The position numbers and the translations under genes are program-made. A stretch of 64,000 bases of DNA from positions 1 through 64,000 of the IMG/VR virus record IMGVR_UViG_3300021185_002756. One strand, 5' to 3'. The notes under the pieces were generated by a model. That model saw only the letters and a list, made by a program, of their open reading frames with translations. It did not search any database and was not told the DNA's origin. Of the stretch, positions 36,135 through 46,349 are shown in pieces. The first letter of the stretch is position 1, and each line of letters opens with the position of its first letter. This DNA comes from a virus.

Positions 36135-36906
36135 GACTCATTTTAGTTACTTTGGTGGTAGTGGTGGTTTTTTTGCACTATGGCATATTCTATTAGCGAC
36201 TGAATACAATTGTGACTTTCGGACCGATGAAGAGTTTTATACACCAATTTACAATCTAAATGCCTATAACGACATAAGAGGCGACAGTTGGCCTGCACAT
36301 TATAGTTTGCCTACGTCAACTGAGGATTTAGATATTGAGATACAACAGGAACTTTTAGCAAATCCCAGCTGGCAAAATATAGTTGAACGTGTAATAGAAG
36401 ACAGAACCAGACCAGAAATCACCAAAGATAATGTATATAGAAGACAATGGGCAGTAAGTAAAGATCGCAAGAAATGGAAACGATCAGAAGTACCACCTAA
36501 TAATAACCTGACCAGCAAATCCGCTTATAGTCATAAACTGTTCTATCAATGGAATCCAACTGTACACCAATTACAGGAAGGAAATTATGATAAGAAAATT
36601 CTAATCTATACAGATTACGACACACATATGATGCTTGCTAAGAATAAAAACGCCTGGATATATGGTCCAGGAAAACTGCCCGTCAAACAATACAATGCAA
36701 AATATAATGGTGTCAACGTATTCCATGAAGTCCTTGAAATAGCTGAACATGCTACGCATACCGTACTATTACAAGATATTGTTAGAACCAAAGGACAAGC
36801 ACTACTAGACGCTTTTGATACTAATACTAATATTCTTAACTTAACACATAATGATATGTGGCTAAACTTACACACAAACGAAGAAAAACAAAGGTTATTA
36901 AAATGA
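36127..36906 (+). CDS. hypothetical protein with Gly-rich loop
   Basis: YFGGSGGF; Y.DIRGDSWP motif. Confidence 0.5.
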   Translation: MYKTHFSYFGGSGGFFALWHILLATEYNCDFRTDEEFYTPIYNLNAYNDIRGDSWPAHYSLPTSTEDLDIEIQQELLANPSWQNIVERVIEDRTRPEITKDNVYRRQWAVSKDRKKWKRSEVPPNNNLTSKSAYSHKLFYQWNPTVHQLQEGNYDKKILIYTDYDTHMMLAKNKNAWIYGPGKLPVKQYNAKYNGVNVFHEVLEIAEHATHTVLLQDIVRTKGQALLDAFDTNTNILNLTHNDMWLNLHTNEEKQRLLK

Positions 36907-37583
36907 ACCATAAAATACTACACAAACTGGAACAGATGATACACGTTTCACCACAATTGATACGCAATCCAGAAACAATGCGTCAAGCAATACGTGGTAC
37001 GTTTGCAGTAGATGTAGATGATGTGGAATTCAACACCATTGGCGAACTAGTAGAACGCATTGATGACAAGGTACTGGATGGTTACTTTAGGCATGTGTGG
37101 CAGAGTGAAATAAAGAAATACAAGTATAGTGGCCCTGCTATCATTGATGAAATAAACAAACTTAAACCACGTAAGGTATTGGACATTGGATGTGGGTACA
37201 ATGAATTCAAAGGCAAAATACCAAATCTAATAGGCATTGATCCATTCAATGATGCTGCAGATATTTGTGTAAAGATGCTTGACTATCATCCACAAGAACG
37301 TTTTGATGCAATGATTGCACTTGGTTCAATTAACTTCGGATCAACTTCAAAAATATTTGCAGAACTAGAACATGCAGTGAATTTATGCAATCCAGGTGCA
37401 GTGCTGTTCTTCCGTGCCAATCCAGGCTTACCGCACGTAAAAGATGAATCAAACTGGATACACTTTTACCCTTGGGACGCTAACTTTATTGTAAACTGTG
37501 CAGATCAACTCAACGTAGACATACTTGACCTACGTACTGATACACATAAAAATCGACTGTACTTTGTATGGCGTACTAAGTAA
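36903..37583 (+). CDS. class I SAM-dependent methyltransferase
   Basis: VLDIGCG, GIDP, ALGSINFG; paralog of 40574..41095. Confidence 0.8.
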   Translation: MNHKILHKLEQMIHVSPQLIRNPETMRQAIRGTFAVDVDDVEFNTIGELVERIDDKVLDGYFRHVWQSEIKKYKYSGPAIIDEINKLKPRKVLDIGCGYNEFKGKIPNLIGIDPFNDAADICVKMLDYHPQERFDAMIALGSINFGSTSKIFAELEHAVNLCNPGAVLFFRANPGLPHVKDESNWIHFYPWDANFIVNCADQLNVDILDLRTDTHKNRLYFVWRTK

Positions 37584-37692
37584 AAGCAACACACTTACAA
37601 GCAACGCCTGAATGTAAAAGAGTTCGCTTGTATTCCCCTAAAATTTAACTGCACAGTCTGTGTGACATTGTCGACCTATGAAAGGATCTTCC

Positions 37693-38361
37693 ATGAAAAA
37701 ACTTCTACTGATTACTGGCCCACAAGGAAGTGGCAATCACCTATTCAGTAAAGTATTGGCTGTACATCCTGAAGTGTATGGGTGGAAGGCACTGAACGAA
37801 ACATATTGGATTGTGCATGACCAAGAGCCATTCAACAAGTACTGGGTAGACCCTACTGAATGGGATAGAGCAGACTTTGGTGATTACCAGTATGCAGTGG
37901 TCAGTAACAGTGTGCCATATGTACAAAACGGTAACACACAGAATCCTCCCTTTGAAGAGTTTATTGCAGGCGCAGAACGTGCAGGATGGACAGTGCAAGT
38001 CGCAATCATTGGCAGAGATATCAATATATTAGAAGCACAACAAAAAAGACTGCGTAGAGCCGTGACATTGCCTCATATGATGGATGCAGTTGAGACACTG
38101 GAAAAGTATGATCCAGACTTTATCAGTCATGAGTTACTCTGTTTATACAAGCAGAAATACTTGAAGAAACTCAGTAAACAACTGGACTTTCCTATTGCAT
38201 ATGACGCTCCTATTATCGATGAAATACTCAAAGACAATGCCAATGCAAAGTATGTAAACGCAGTAACAGAAACTGATTTGGACAGAGAGATTACTAGACA
38301 ATTGGCTGCAACCAGTGTAGAAGGTACTGAATGGTACAACAGGATACACAACGATGGATAA
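37693..38361 (+). CDS. P-loop/sulfotransferase-fold-like protein
   Basis: LITGPQGSGNHLF, IIGRD. Confidence 0.55.
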   Translation: MKKLLLITGPQGSGNHLFSKVLAVHPEVYGWKALNETYWIVHDQEPFNKYWVDPTEWDRADFGDYQYAVVSNSVPYVQNGNTQNPPFEEFIAGAERAGWTVQVAIIGRDINILEAQQKRLRRAVTLPHMMDAVETLEKYDPDFISHELLCLYKQKYLKKLSKQLDFPIAYDAPIIDEILKDNANAKYVNAVTETDLDREITRQLAATSVEGTEWYNRIHNDG

Positions 38362-39082
38362 GAATATTGTAATATTCTATGTTCCCGGTGCTTACGGAAG
38401 TTACATCGCCTGGATAATTGAAAGATTCAATACACAACGTAAAAAGTTTTCGCCAGCAGTGGTTGACAATCCACTACAATCAGATGGCAGTGCTCATGCA
38501 CACGCCAGTTATTGCAAGGTTGAAAACATGGCATCAGTCACAGAGTTTTTATCCAACCAACAGTTTCCTGATTGGGGTTACAAAATATGGGCAGGCTGGC
38601 CTGTTGATAAACACAACACTATTGGTCAATGTATAGAACAAACACTAGACCAAATGAACAATGATGATAGGCTCATAGTGGTATCACGTGACACCATTAT
38701 GGACGCAGGCATCAGTTGGCTAAATGCCAGTACAAAATTAACAAAGCAACGTTGGTATTCGAGCTTGAATATTTCAAGCGATGACGAACTAGCAGATGCA
38801 TTTGTACAAGAATTAAATCAAAGACATTACTACTATGTCAATGATAGGAAATTTATCGATGTTTCGATAGATGAGTTGCTTTTTGCAAGACCTGAAAGTT
38901 TACTAATGCTAGTAAAACAATTGGGTTTTGACATCTGTGATAAACCTTTGTTTGCAAAGATATCTGCAGAACAACGAAAAGCACAAAGTAGCGTCACTGT
39001 TATGAAAGACATATTATCAGGAAAACATGATGATAGTGTTGATCCAGCAGTGGCATCAATAGTAAGTTACATTAAGGAGTAA
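38354..39082 (+). CDS. hypothetical protein with Gly-rich loop
   Basis: FYVPGAYGSY, DGSAH. Confidence 0.5.
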   Translation: MDKNIVIFYVPGAYGSYIAWIIERFNTQRKKFSPAVVDNPLQSDGSAHAHASYCKVENMASVTEFLSNQQFPDWGYKIWAGWPVDKHNTIGQCIEQTLDQMNNDDRLIVVSRDTIMDAGISWLNASTKLTKQRWYSSLNISSDDELADAFVQELNQRHYYYVNDRKFIDVSIDELLFARPESLLMLVKQLGFDICDKPLFAKISAEQRKAQSSVTVMKDILSGKHDDSVDPAVASIVSYIKE

Positions 39083-39085
39083 AAA

Positions 39086-40570
39086 ATGGACTTAACAACA
39101 CTTTTCCCACTGTTTGACCCGTCAGCAGGTTGGGGACTTTTGGCGCTATATGCGTCTGTTGTGTTTGCTCTTACTACATACTTTGTAAGAGGATACACAG
39201 CTGATAAAACTAGTTTCTTAGTCGCAAGGCGTGAAATTGGTGGATTCGCAGGAGCAAGTAGTGTCGGAGCCGCATGGGCTTGGGCACCATCAATGTTTAT
39301 CTCATCACAGATGGCATACCTAAATGGTGTTGCTGGATTGTTTTGGTTTTGTTTGGGCAACTTCCTAACACTGATTCTGTTTAGTTTCTTTGTTAAGAAA
39401 TTAAGGTCAATGAAGCCAGATGGATTCACGTTAGCAGGATACATTAGAGAAAAGTTTGGAAAAAGAGTGCAAAGTATCTTTTTAATTGAACTATGGATGT
39501 TAGCAACTTGTGCATTCGCACTAAACGCACTAGCAGGATCTAAAGCAGTTATGACATTAACTGGTATCAACTATCACTTTGTAACATTTGCACTAGCCGC
39601 AATAGCATTAACGTATGCATGGCGTGGTGGTTTAAAAGCAAGTGTTGTCACTGAAATCTTTAAGATTAGTGTACTATGGTTAGGAATTATTTTTGTTGTG
39701 CCGTGGGTATGGTCAGCAACAGGTGGAGTCACCGCTGGTGCAGTAGCAGAAGGACTTGGTGGTATAACAGGTATGGGCGATGGAATATTCCACAATGAAT
39801 TTGTTGTTGGTGTGTTTATGGCAGTTGGTATTAGTACAACACTAGGACACATGGGTGCTCCTTGGGGCGACAACGGCTTTTATCAAAGAGCTTTTGCTAT
39901 CAAACCAAACAGTATCATTCCAGCATTTATAGGCGGAGCATGTTTGTTTATTTTCGTTCCTATCATGATTGGTACATTAGGATTTGCAGCCGCAGGTAGT
40001 GGATTAGAAATACCAAAATCAATGGTTGGTATGACTACTATTATTTCAGTAGCAAGTGTGTTACCAAGTTGGACAGTGTTAATTCTTGTGTTTATGCTAT
40101 TAGCAGGACTTATTGCGGTGCTTGACTCTCACTTAAACAGTGCAAGTGCTTTGGTATCCAATGATGTACAAAGTAGAGTAAACGAAAAGACAACAAATGA
40201 ATCAGATATCAAATGGGGTCGTTGGGGTATGATTGCACTAGCAATTGGTGCTTTGGCAATCGCTAACTATCCTGGTATTACAATGTTAACTATCTTTTTG
40301 TTCTTTGGAGTTATGAGAGCAACTGTATGGTGGCCTGTAATGTTACATATCTGGAAGCCAAACCTTATAAATGAAAAAGGTATGTTCTGGGGTATTGTAG
40401 TTGCATTTGTAGTCGGCTTTCCAACTTTCTTTTATGGAAAAGTAATGGGCGGTGGTGCTGAATTGACCATGCTTGGTACATGTCTAACTATCTTTGGTAG
40501 TGCGGCATTATCAGTAATAATCAGTAAAGCAACCAAAGCAGATGACGCACAAGTAGTAGCGGCAGAATAA
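39086..40570 (+). CDS. sodium:solute symporter (SSS/SLC5; DUR3/PutP-like)
   Basis: About 13 TM segments; FLVARR, S..AAWAWA, TLAGYIREKFG, YAWRGGLKASVVTE, YQRAFA, AVLDSHLNS. Confidence 0.88.
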   Translation: MDLTTLFPLFDPSAGWGLLALYASVVFALTTYFVRGYTADKTSFLVARREIGGFAGASSVGAAWAWAPSMFISSQMAYLNGVAGLFWFCLGNFLTLILFSFFVKKLRSMKPDGFTLAGYIREKFGKRVQSIFLIELWMLATCAFALNALAGSKAVMTLTGINYHFVTFALAAIALTYAWRGGLKASVVTEIFKISVLWLGIIFVVPWVWSATGGVTAGAVAEGLGGITGMGDGIFHNEFVVGVFMAVGISTTLGHMGAPWGDNGFYQRAFAIKPNSIIPAFIGGACLFIFVPIMIGTLGFAAAGSGLEIPKSMVGMTTIISVASVLPSWTVLILVFMLLAGLIAVLDSHLNSASALVSNDVQSRVNEKTTNESDIKWGRWGMIALAIGALAIANYPGITMLTIFLFFGVMRATVWWPVMLHIWKPNLINEKGMFWGIVVAFVVGFPTFFYGKVMGGGAELTMLGTCLTIFGSAALSVIISKATKADDAQVVAAE

Positions 40571-40573
40571 AAA

Positions 40574-41095
40574 ATGAACACTAAAGCAATAGTAAAAGAA
40601 TATTTTGGCAAGCATTGGACAAGTAGAACCAGTACCTACAGATATTCCTCATGTGAGACTATTGCAAGTAAAATCGCAACCCACGAAACTGTTATTGACG
40701 TGGGTTGCGGTAACAACGAATTTAAACCACATATAAAGCATTTAACTGGTATTGATATAGTAAACCCAGCTGCTGATATATGTGTTGACCTTGATGAGTA
40801 TGAACCGGATCAACTGTTTGACGTAGCAATATGCCTTGGCGTAATACAGTACGGAGACGAAAACGACATCACAAGACAAATAGCCAAAGTTGGTAGTATT
40901 CTCAAACCAAGTGCAAGAATATACTGGAGATCCAATATGGCAGTTAGAGATCACAAACATGAAATGGTAAACCTAGTACCTTACTATCCTTGGAGTATTG
41001 ATGAGCATCATAGGTTTGCTAGGATGTTTGGATGGACTATAGATTTTATTGATGAAGACTTATACGGAAGACTTTACGCAGAGTGGCGAAGATAA
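40574..41095 (+). CDS. class I SAM-dependent methyltransferase
   Basis: VIDVGCG, GIDI, CLGVIQYG. Confidence 0.8.
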   Translation: MNTKAIVKEYFGKHWTSRTSTYRYSSCETIASKIATHETVIDVGCGNNEFKPHIKHLTGIDIVNPAADICVDLDEYEPDQLFDVAICLGVIQYGDENDITRQIAKVGSILKPSARIYWRSNMAVRDHKHEMVNLVPYYPWSIDEHHRFARMFGWTIDFIDEDLYGRLYAEWRR

Positions 41096-41101
41096 CACCT
41101 G

Positions 41102-41320
41102 ATGATATTCTACGTTAAATATGCGAGTGCAGTTATCATTCTTTGTGCAATGGTACTGCATGTCGCAGGCATAACTCCTTGGAATAGCATACTACAAATG
41201 ATAGGTGCATGTGGATGGTGTTATGTTGGATACAAATGGAATGAACGGGCAATAATTTTAAACTTCTTACCACAGTTTGCAATTATTATACCAATGTTAA
41301 TATGGATGTACTTACTATGA
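41102..41320 (+). CDS. small 3-TM membrane protein
   Basis: Hydrophobic; similar to 48095..48340. Confidence 0.6.
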   Translation: MIFYVKYASAVIILCAMVLHVAGITPWNSILQMIGACGWCYVGYKWNERAIILNFLPQFAIIIPMLIWMYLL

Positions 41321-42024
41321 CACAAGAATATAAGAGCAGTTGGGAATGGGCAGTTGCACACAGTAACTACCATTTTGATATAAACAAAGAAGAAAAAGTT
41401 GGTGACTGGTACAGTATATTGGGCAGATTCGCTGGTGCCGATTGGTCACATGAAACAGATAAATTAATACACACAACACACCCAATCAATTGGGGCACAC
41501 GTAAACATTTGAAAGGTGGAACATATAAATCACCTATGCTACCCGAAGAAAACTATGACATTGAACAAGGTGGCGGAAATGCAGAAGAATTAGAACTAAC
41601 TGATGTAAGCGACGAACTAGAGGAATACCCAACAATATCACGTATGATTGAGTACCTGGGCGTAATTCCTAATGGCAACAAAGATAAAAGATATGCTAGA
41701 GCACACGTACAAAAAACAGGACAAATGTTCAACAGGCATATTGATAAACTTTGGGAAAGACATCCTGAAGACCCAGAACAGATTGTAAGAATGACAATCA
41801 TGCTACGTGATTGGGAACCAGGGCAGTACTACAGTTATGGCAACTTGATTTATTCACATTGGCGTGCTGGAGAAGTGCATACTTTTGATTGGATGAATGT
41901 TCCACACAGTACTGCAAATACAAGCAACCATCCAAGACCAGCAGTACAAATCACCGGTTTGAAAAGTGAGCATACTAGAGAACTTTTAGCCAATGCAAAC
42001 AAGAACAACACGTTTACTTTATAA
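41317..42024 (+). CDS. 2OG-Fe(II)/cupin oxygenase-like (Asp/Asn beta-hydroxylase-like)
   Basis: HID, DWEPGQ, W.AG..FDW..PH..AN..R...QITG. Confidence 0.65.
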   Translation: MTQEYKSSWEWAVAHSNYHFDINKEEKVGDWYSILGRFAGADWSHETDKLIHTTHPINWGTRKHLKGGTYKSPMLPEENYDIEQGGGNAEELELTDVSDELEEYPTISRMIEYLGVIPNGNKDKRYARAHVQKTGQMFNRHIDKLWERHPEDPEQIVRMTIMLRDWEPGQYYSYGNLIYSHWRAGEVHTFDWMNVPHSTANTSNHPRPAVQITGLKSEHTRELLANANKNNTFTL

Positions 42025-42032
42025 GAGATAAT

Positions 42033-42461
42033 ATGAAAATACTAATATTTGGATTACCAGGCTCAGGCAAGAGCACACTGTCAGAACCTTTTGCTGAACT
42101 AATAAACGGCATTTGGATAAATGCAGACCAAGTTAGACAACACTACGATGATTGGGACTTTACACCTGAAGGACGTATGCGTCAGGCACTGCGTATGAAG
42201 TATCTCAGTGATGGTGTTGTAAGAGCAGGCAAAACTGCAATAGCTGATTTTGTATGTCCTACAGAGGCAGCACGTTTAGAATTTGACCCAGACTACACAG
42301 TGTGGATGGACACGATCGAAGAGGGCAGGTTTGAAGACACAAATAAGATGTTTGAAAAGCCAGCAAATTTTGACTATCATGTCAAAGAATGGTTTACCGA
42401 CACACCACATCAATTGATGGAAGTTGTCCAGAATTATATGGAAAGAAAGAAAAATGTTTGA
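42033..42461 (+). CDS. adenylylsulfate kinase-like (CysC)
   Basis: GLPGSGKST, ADQVR, DFTPEGR.RQ, ADFVCP, FEKP. Confidence 0.75.
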   Translation: MKILIFGLPGSGKSTLSEPFAELINGIWINADQVRQHYDDWDFTPEGRMRQALRMKYLSDGVVRAGKTAIADFVCPTEAARLEFDPDYTVWMDTIEEGRFEDTNKMFEKPANFDYHVKEWFTDTPHQLMEVVQNYMERKKNV

Positions 42462-42864
42462 CTCACAAAAACCAACTACACAAATGCTAGGCAGATGGCA
42501 ACCATGGCATGACGGACACACTGAATTGTTTCGTAGAGCACTTGCTGAAACTGGACAAGTATGCATTATGGTACGTGATGTAGGAGGCATTGTGGGCAGA
42601 GATGCAGGTGCAGGACGAACCAACGTACAACAGGACAATCCATTTAGCCAAAAAGAAGCAGAGTCACAAATTGAAATAGGTTTGGAACAAGCAGGATTCA
42701 AACGTGGTGTTGAATACATTATACAACCTGTTCCAAATATTGTAGATATAAGTTATGGTAGAGGTGTAGGTTATACCTTTACTGAGCACGACTTGGGCAA
42801 GAGTGTTGAATCAATCAGTGCTACAAAAATACGTGCAGAGATGAGAGCCAAAGGCACTTTATAA
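42454..42864 (+). CDS. HxGH nucleotidyltransferase (cytidylyltransferase-like)
   Basis: GRWQPWHDGH, DNPF, ISATKIR. Confidence 0.8.
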   Translation: MFDSQKPTTQMLGRWQPWHDGHTELFRRALAETGQVCIMVRDVGGIVGRDAGAGRTNVQQDNPFSQKEAESQIEIGLEQAGFKRGVEYIIQPVPNIVDISYGRGVGYTFTEHDLGKSVESISATKIRAEMRAKGTL

Positions 42865-43179
42865 AGAAGTTGCGGTTATTTGATTGTTGTAGGTGTTTTC
42901 AATTTCCCAATTGAGCCAGTCTATTATTTGACTGGTCTTTATTTCTTCGTTTATCCATTCGTACTTTCCACTTGTGGTGGCAAATAGATAATCATGAAAT
43001 TCACTTTTAATTCTATCTTCTAAGTCTTCAATATGATTTGCTGGTCCACTGTAGAGATGGTCAAAGCGGACTTCATGTCCGCAATGACCTTCATATTTTC
43101 TACGTCTGTTATCCACATTTGATGTAATTCCAAAACAGGTTTTACCTATGTGGTTTGACCATACGTACAAGTATCTCAT
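42859..43179 (-). CDS. GIY-YIG/T5orf172-like protein
   Basis: YLYV..FGITSN..RRRKY..LED..YEW. Confidence 0.55.
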   Translation of the reverse strand: MRYLYVWSNHIGKTCFGITSNVDNRRRKYEGHCGHEVRFDHLYSGPANHIEDLEDRIKSEFHDYLFATTSGKYEWINEEIKTSQIIDWLNWEIENTYNNQITATSL

Positions 43180-43180
43180 A

Positions 43181-44356
43181 TTATATACCTGCAAACCTAC
43201 TGGTTGTGTTTCCGCCTAGCGGTGGAAAGTTCTCATTGTTTTCTTCACACCAGGTATAGAAATCTAATATCAAAACACTTACCAAACAACTGTTGTTCCA
43301 GCCACCTGGTATATTGTTTGTCTTATTAAATTGATCTAGTCTACGTTTGCAATCTTTATGAAACTTAGTTGGTGATGCATACTTTTCTTTGAAGAACTTC
43401 ATAAGTGCATCCTGCCACTCTCTTGTAACGGTAATCTTATCCTTACGAGCATGAGCATGATATCTACCCATTGTAAGTATCCAACCACCATCTACGCCTT
43501 TTTCATTTGGAAAATGTCTATCGTGTAATGATAAAGCAAACTCTAAATCTTTAATGCTTTCATCAAAATCATCATTTTCCAAACCAGCAATAGTATTTAG
43601 ACCAGCAATGTGTGTTACCATTCCGGGCTTTGCTCCGCTACCTCTGGCTTCGATTGCAGGACGACAGTACATATTGTTGTTTTCTACTACGGACTGTATC
43701 TTTTCAGCATGTAGATCTTCAACTAAATTACTGCTGTAGTTTCTAACACCACTTACTCTGCTCTTATGCATGAAGTAAGGCTCAACTGCTTTTCTGCCTT
43801 TGTAGTTGATTATTCTAAATAACCAGTTACCAAATGCTTCGCCTTTGATATCACTGCCAGGCACTGTTACAAGAGCATCTACAACCTTACACATTACTCT
43901 ATAATCTGCAGGAATAAGTCCTTGTATCATTAGTATATACAGTGCAACCGCAGTATGCATACCTTCTGGTATACTGTATCTACCGTTAGGTAATTTAATT
44001 GTATTAACAACCTGAACTGCTCGAGGATCAAAAGTGGTAATAATATGTGCCACATGATCCCAGTCTACATCTCTTTGGTTATCAATATTGATATCCAACA
44101 GTGAGAATTCAACTAATTCTAGTCTACCAAAATCATCTGCAGTATAGGTGACATCACCTATTCTTGCTTTTAATGCATTAATGGCATTGTTAACTTTTTC
44201 TTTTTCGGGAGTTTTCTTGACTGGCTCGATTCGAGTATCAAGATCTTCATACAGTTTTTTTGCTTGAAATTTTTCAACTGCGTTTTCAAAGTTGCTAACC
44301 CTAAATGGATTCGCGTTTCGTGCGGCCAGATTTGGCCTTAGTTCTAGTTTGGACAT
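43181..44356 (-). CDS. ParB/Srx-like N-terminal domain protein
   Basis: NQR.VDW.H..I..FDP..YSIPEGMHT (variant of the DGQHR motif); promoter at 44426-44453 (TTGACA-N16-TATAAT). Confidence 0.5.
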   Translation of the reverse strand: MSKLELRPNLAARNANPFRVSNFENAVEKFQAKKLYEDLDTRIEPVKKTPEKEKVNNAINALKARIGDVTYTADDFGRLELVEFSLLDINIDNQRDVDWDHVAHIITTFDPRAVQVVNTIKLPNGRYSIPEGMHTAVALYILMIQGLIPADYRVMCKVVDALVTVPGSDIKGEAFGNWLFRIINYKGRKAVEPYFMHKSRVSGVRNYSSNLVEDLHAEKIQSVVENNNMYCRPAIEARGSGAKPGMVTHIAGLNTIAGLENDDFDESIKDLEFALSLHDRHFPNEKGVDGGWILTMGRYHAHARKDKITVTREWQDALMKFFKEKYASPTKFHKDCKRRLDQFNKTNNIPGGWNNSCLVSVLILDFYTWCEENNENFPPLGGNTTSRFAGI

Positions 44357-44687
44357 TTAAGTCTCCTATTGTTGTGTGAGAATTAACTCACTTTGGTTAA
44401 TGTAAACAGTTAAGTTTACCTCTTTATTATAACACCTTTAAGGTAGATGTCAACCTATTTTTTTTCACTTAATCTATTCCACAGTTTACGTACACCATAG
44501 TTCTGTTGTTTAACATACATCAACTGTGGTTTCAGTGTTTCGAGATACAGTGGACTTTTCTTTGTTAGTGTGTCTACTATGCTCTGCTGATGCTTTGGCG
44601 TTGGCATTCGTTAACCATCCTTTAGTTGGTTCAAAAGCAAAGCCATTATATTTTGTGCTCACTGGCACCCAAAGTTTTGAATCTGCT

Positions 44688-44888
44688 CTAAGCATATTTA
44701 CTCCAAAACTCATTCCAATATTCACACACTAGATCATCAATATCACTAGCACTATACTGTGGGACCATACTAGAATTTGACAATGCAATTTCTAGTGCCT
44801 CACTGACGTTTTCTGATTGTTTTACTGCGTCTGCAACTGTGTCTAAAAACTTATCTTCTAAGTCTAAAACATAACTTGACATTCCCAT
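44688..44888 (-). CDS. small early protein
   Basis: Behind the promoter/leader at 44895-44950 (TTGACA-N17-TATACT). Confidence 0.6.
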   Translation of the reverse strand: MGMSSYVLDLEDKFLDTVADAVKQSENVSEALEIALSNSSMVPQYSASDIDDLVCEYWNEFWSKYA

Positions 44889-44944
44889 ATACTTCTCCTA
44901 TTTTCTAACTGTTATACTCAGTATAGACTAGAAACTTGTACATG

Positions 44945-45184
44945 TCAACCATATTTTAATAAAAAAGCAAAAAAATCACAATCTTCTATGAAAAAGAAAG
45001 AATACACACCTGGCGTATCGGTACTGCTTGATGTGAGTATTTGCCACTTCCACCCTGGTGATAGTTCTTGCTTACACCAATCTACAACTGCATCAATTTC
45101 ACCAGTGGGTAAGTATAAGGTTTTTGCATACGGGTAACCTTCTTCAATCTTAATTACTCGTGTGTATTCTTCAACCAATTCCAT
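44945..45184 (-). CDS. hypothetical protein
   Basis: DWC..W.W..Y.F.F..D..F.L motif. Confidence 0.5.
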   Translation of the reverse strand: MELVEEYTRVIKIEEGYPYAKTLYLPTGEIDAVVDWCKQELSPGWKWQILTSSSTDTPGVYSFFFIEDCDFFAFLLKYG

Positions 45185-45614
45185 GATACAGTGCTTCGTC
45201 TAAATATTCGTTGTTAAGTTGCCAATCGTAGTAGCCCTCTTGTAGTTGATCTACATAACTTGGTGCTGGTGCTGAATAACTCAACGGTGGATTCATATCA
45301 TATGCCATAAATGAATCGCCATCTTGTTCTAGCCACATTTTAGTATAGTAATGCGGAAAGCCTTCAAATGCATCTAGGTTTTGTTCACATTCGTGTGTGA
45401 TATTCCACAAGCATCCTGGAACTACTGATCCTTTAGCTGGCTCTATTGTTGCGTGTTGACAAAATACCAAACGCCAATCTCGTAAGTATAAGGGTGCTAT
45501 TGGTACTGCCTGTGGACAACGCCACTTCATTGATTCAAGTGCCATGTTTGCCCCATAGGCAAAGTAAAGCCTAGTTGGTCTTTGTAATAGATTTGATTTC
45601 AATACCTTCACCAT
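45171..45614 (-). CDS. gamma-glutamylcyclotransferase family protein
   Basis: YFAYGANM, ATI, V.GCLW, LDAFEG. Confidence 0.85.
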   Translation of the reverse strand: MVKVLKSNLLQRPTRLYFAYGANMALESMKWRCPQAVPIAPLYLRDWRLVFCQHATIEPAKGSVVPGCLWNITHECEQNLDAFEGFPHYYTKMWLEQDGDSFMAYDMNPPLSYSAPAPSYVDQLQEGYYDWQLNNEYLDEALYHGIG

Positions 45615-45734
45615 GTAATTGTGCTACTGCCAATGGTTCATTTTCAGCAAGTATCACACGTTCGTTAACCTGCCTGTAACTGCTAGGCGGGCAACATTGA
45701 TCCTTACGTTCGCTGTATATTATTAGATAGGCGT

Positions 45735-46349
45735 TCATTGCAATTCACCTGTTACACTAAAAAAATTCCTATTGCGTATACCATAGTTTACTGCTAGATG
45801 CGGCACACCGTTTGGTATTTGATATGCATCTCCTGCACTCCAACCTGCCATGATTCTATTATCACATTGACAGAACTCTCCCCAATTCCAATCCTGTAGA
45901 TGCACTACCCATCTACCAATACGATCGGTTACACTTGCAATCTTATGATAACGATCTATGTGTAATGGCGACCCTGTGCCGGGAAGTCTAGATTTTATTG
46001 CTCCTACCACAGTGTCTAAACGAAATCCAAAAGTGTCCACTATGGTTGCTTCACCAAATATCTCTACAGTCTGTTCCAGTGTAGGATACCAAACACTGTT
46101 ATTCATTGCTTCACCTACAAAACCCACATCTGTATACACATTGGATCTCGTGGTATAGTCTACAGTGTCATACGTTTGGTTCTCAATGATATCTTCAACT
46201 ATTTCAATGTTAAACTTTACATTGGTATCACCGGTATCAAAAATTAGATCTTTATGCAAGTATTGATTCAATGGCTTGCCAAGACCCTGTTCTACAGGAT
46301 TAGGGTTTTTGTTTAAAAAATCTCTCATTAATACTTTTTCTTTCTTCAT
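45735..46349 (-). CDS. cupin/2OG oxygenase-like protein
   Basis: PLHID, DWNWG, W.AGD, PH.AVN. Confidence 0.6.
   Translation of the reverse strand: MKKEKVLMRDFLNKNPNPVEQGLGKPLNQYLHKDLIFDTGDTNVKFNIEIVEDIIENQTYDTVDYTTRSNVYTDVGFVGEAMNNSVWYPTLEQTVEIFGEATIVDTFGFRLDTVVGAIKSRLPGTGSPLHIDRYHKIASVTDRIGRWVVHLQDWNWGEFCQCDNRIMAGWSAGDAYQIPNGVPHLAVNYGIRNRNFFSVTGELQ

Noticed and set aside
37640-37692. SAM-II/SAM-V riboswitch (ATTTAACTG resemblance)
   Set aside because: The required P1 stem and the 3' GCUAAA-type pseudoknot strand are not found.
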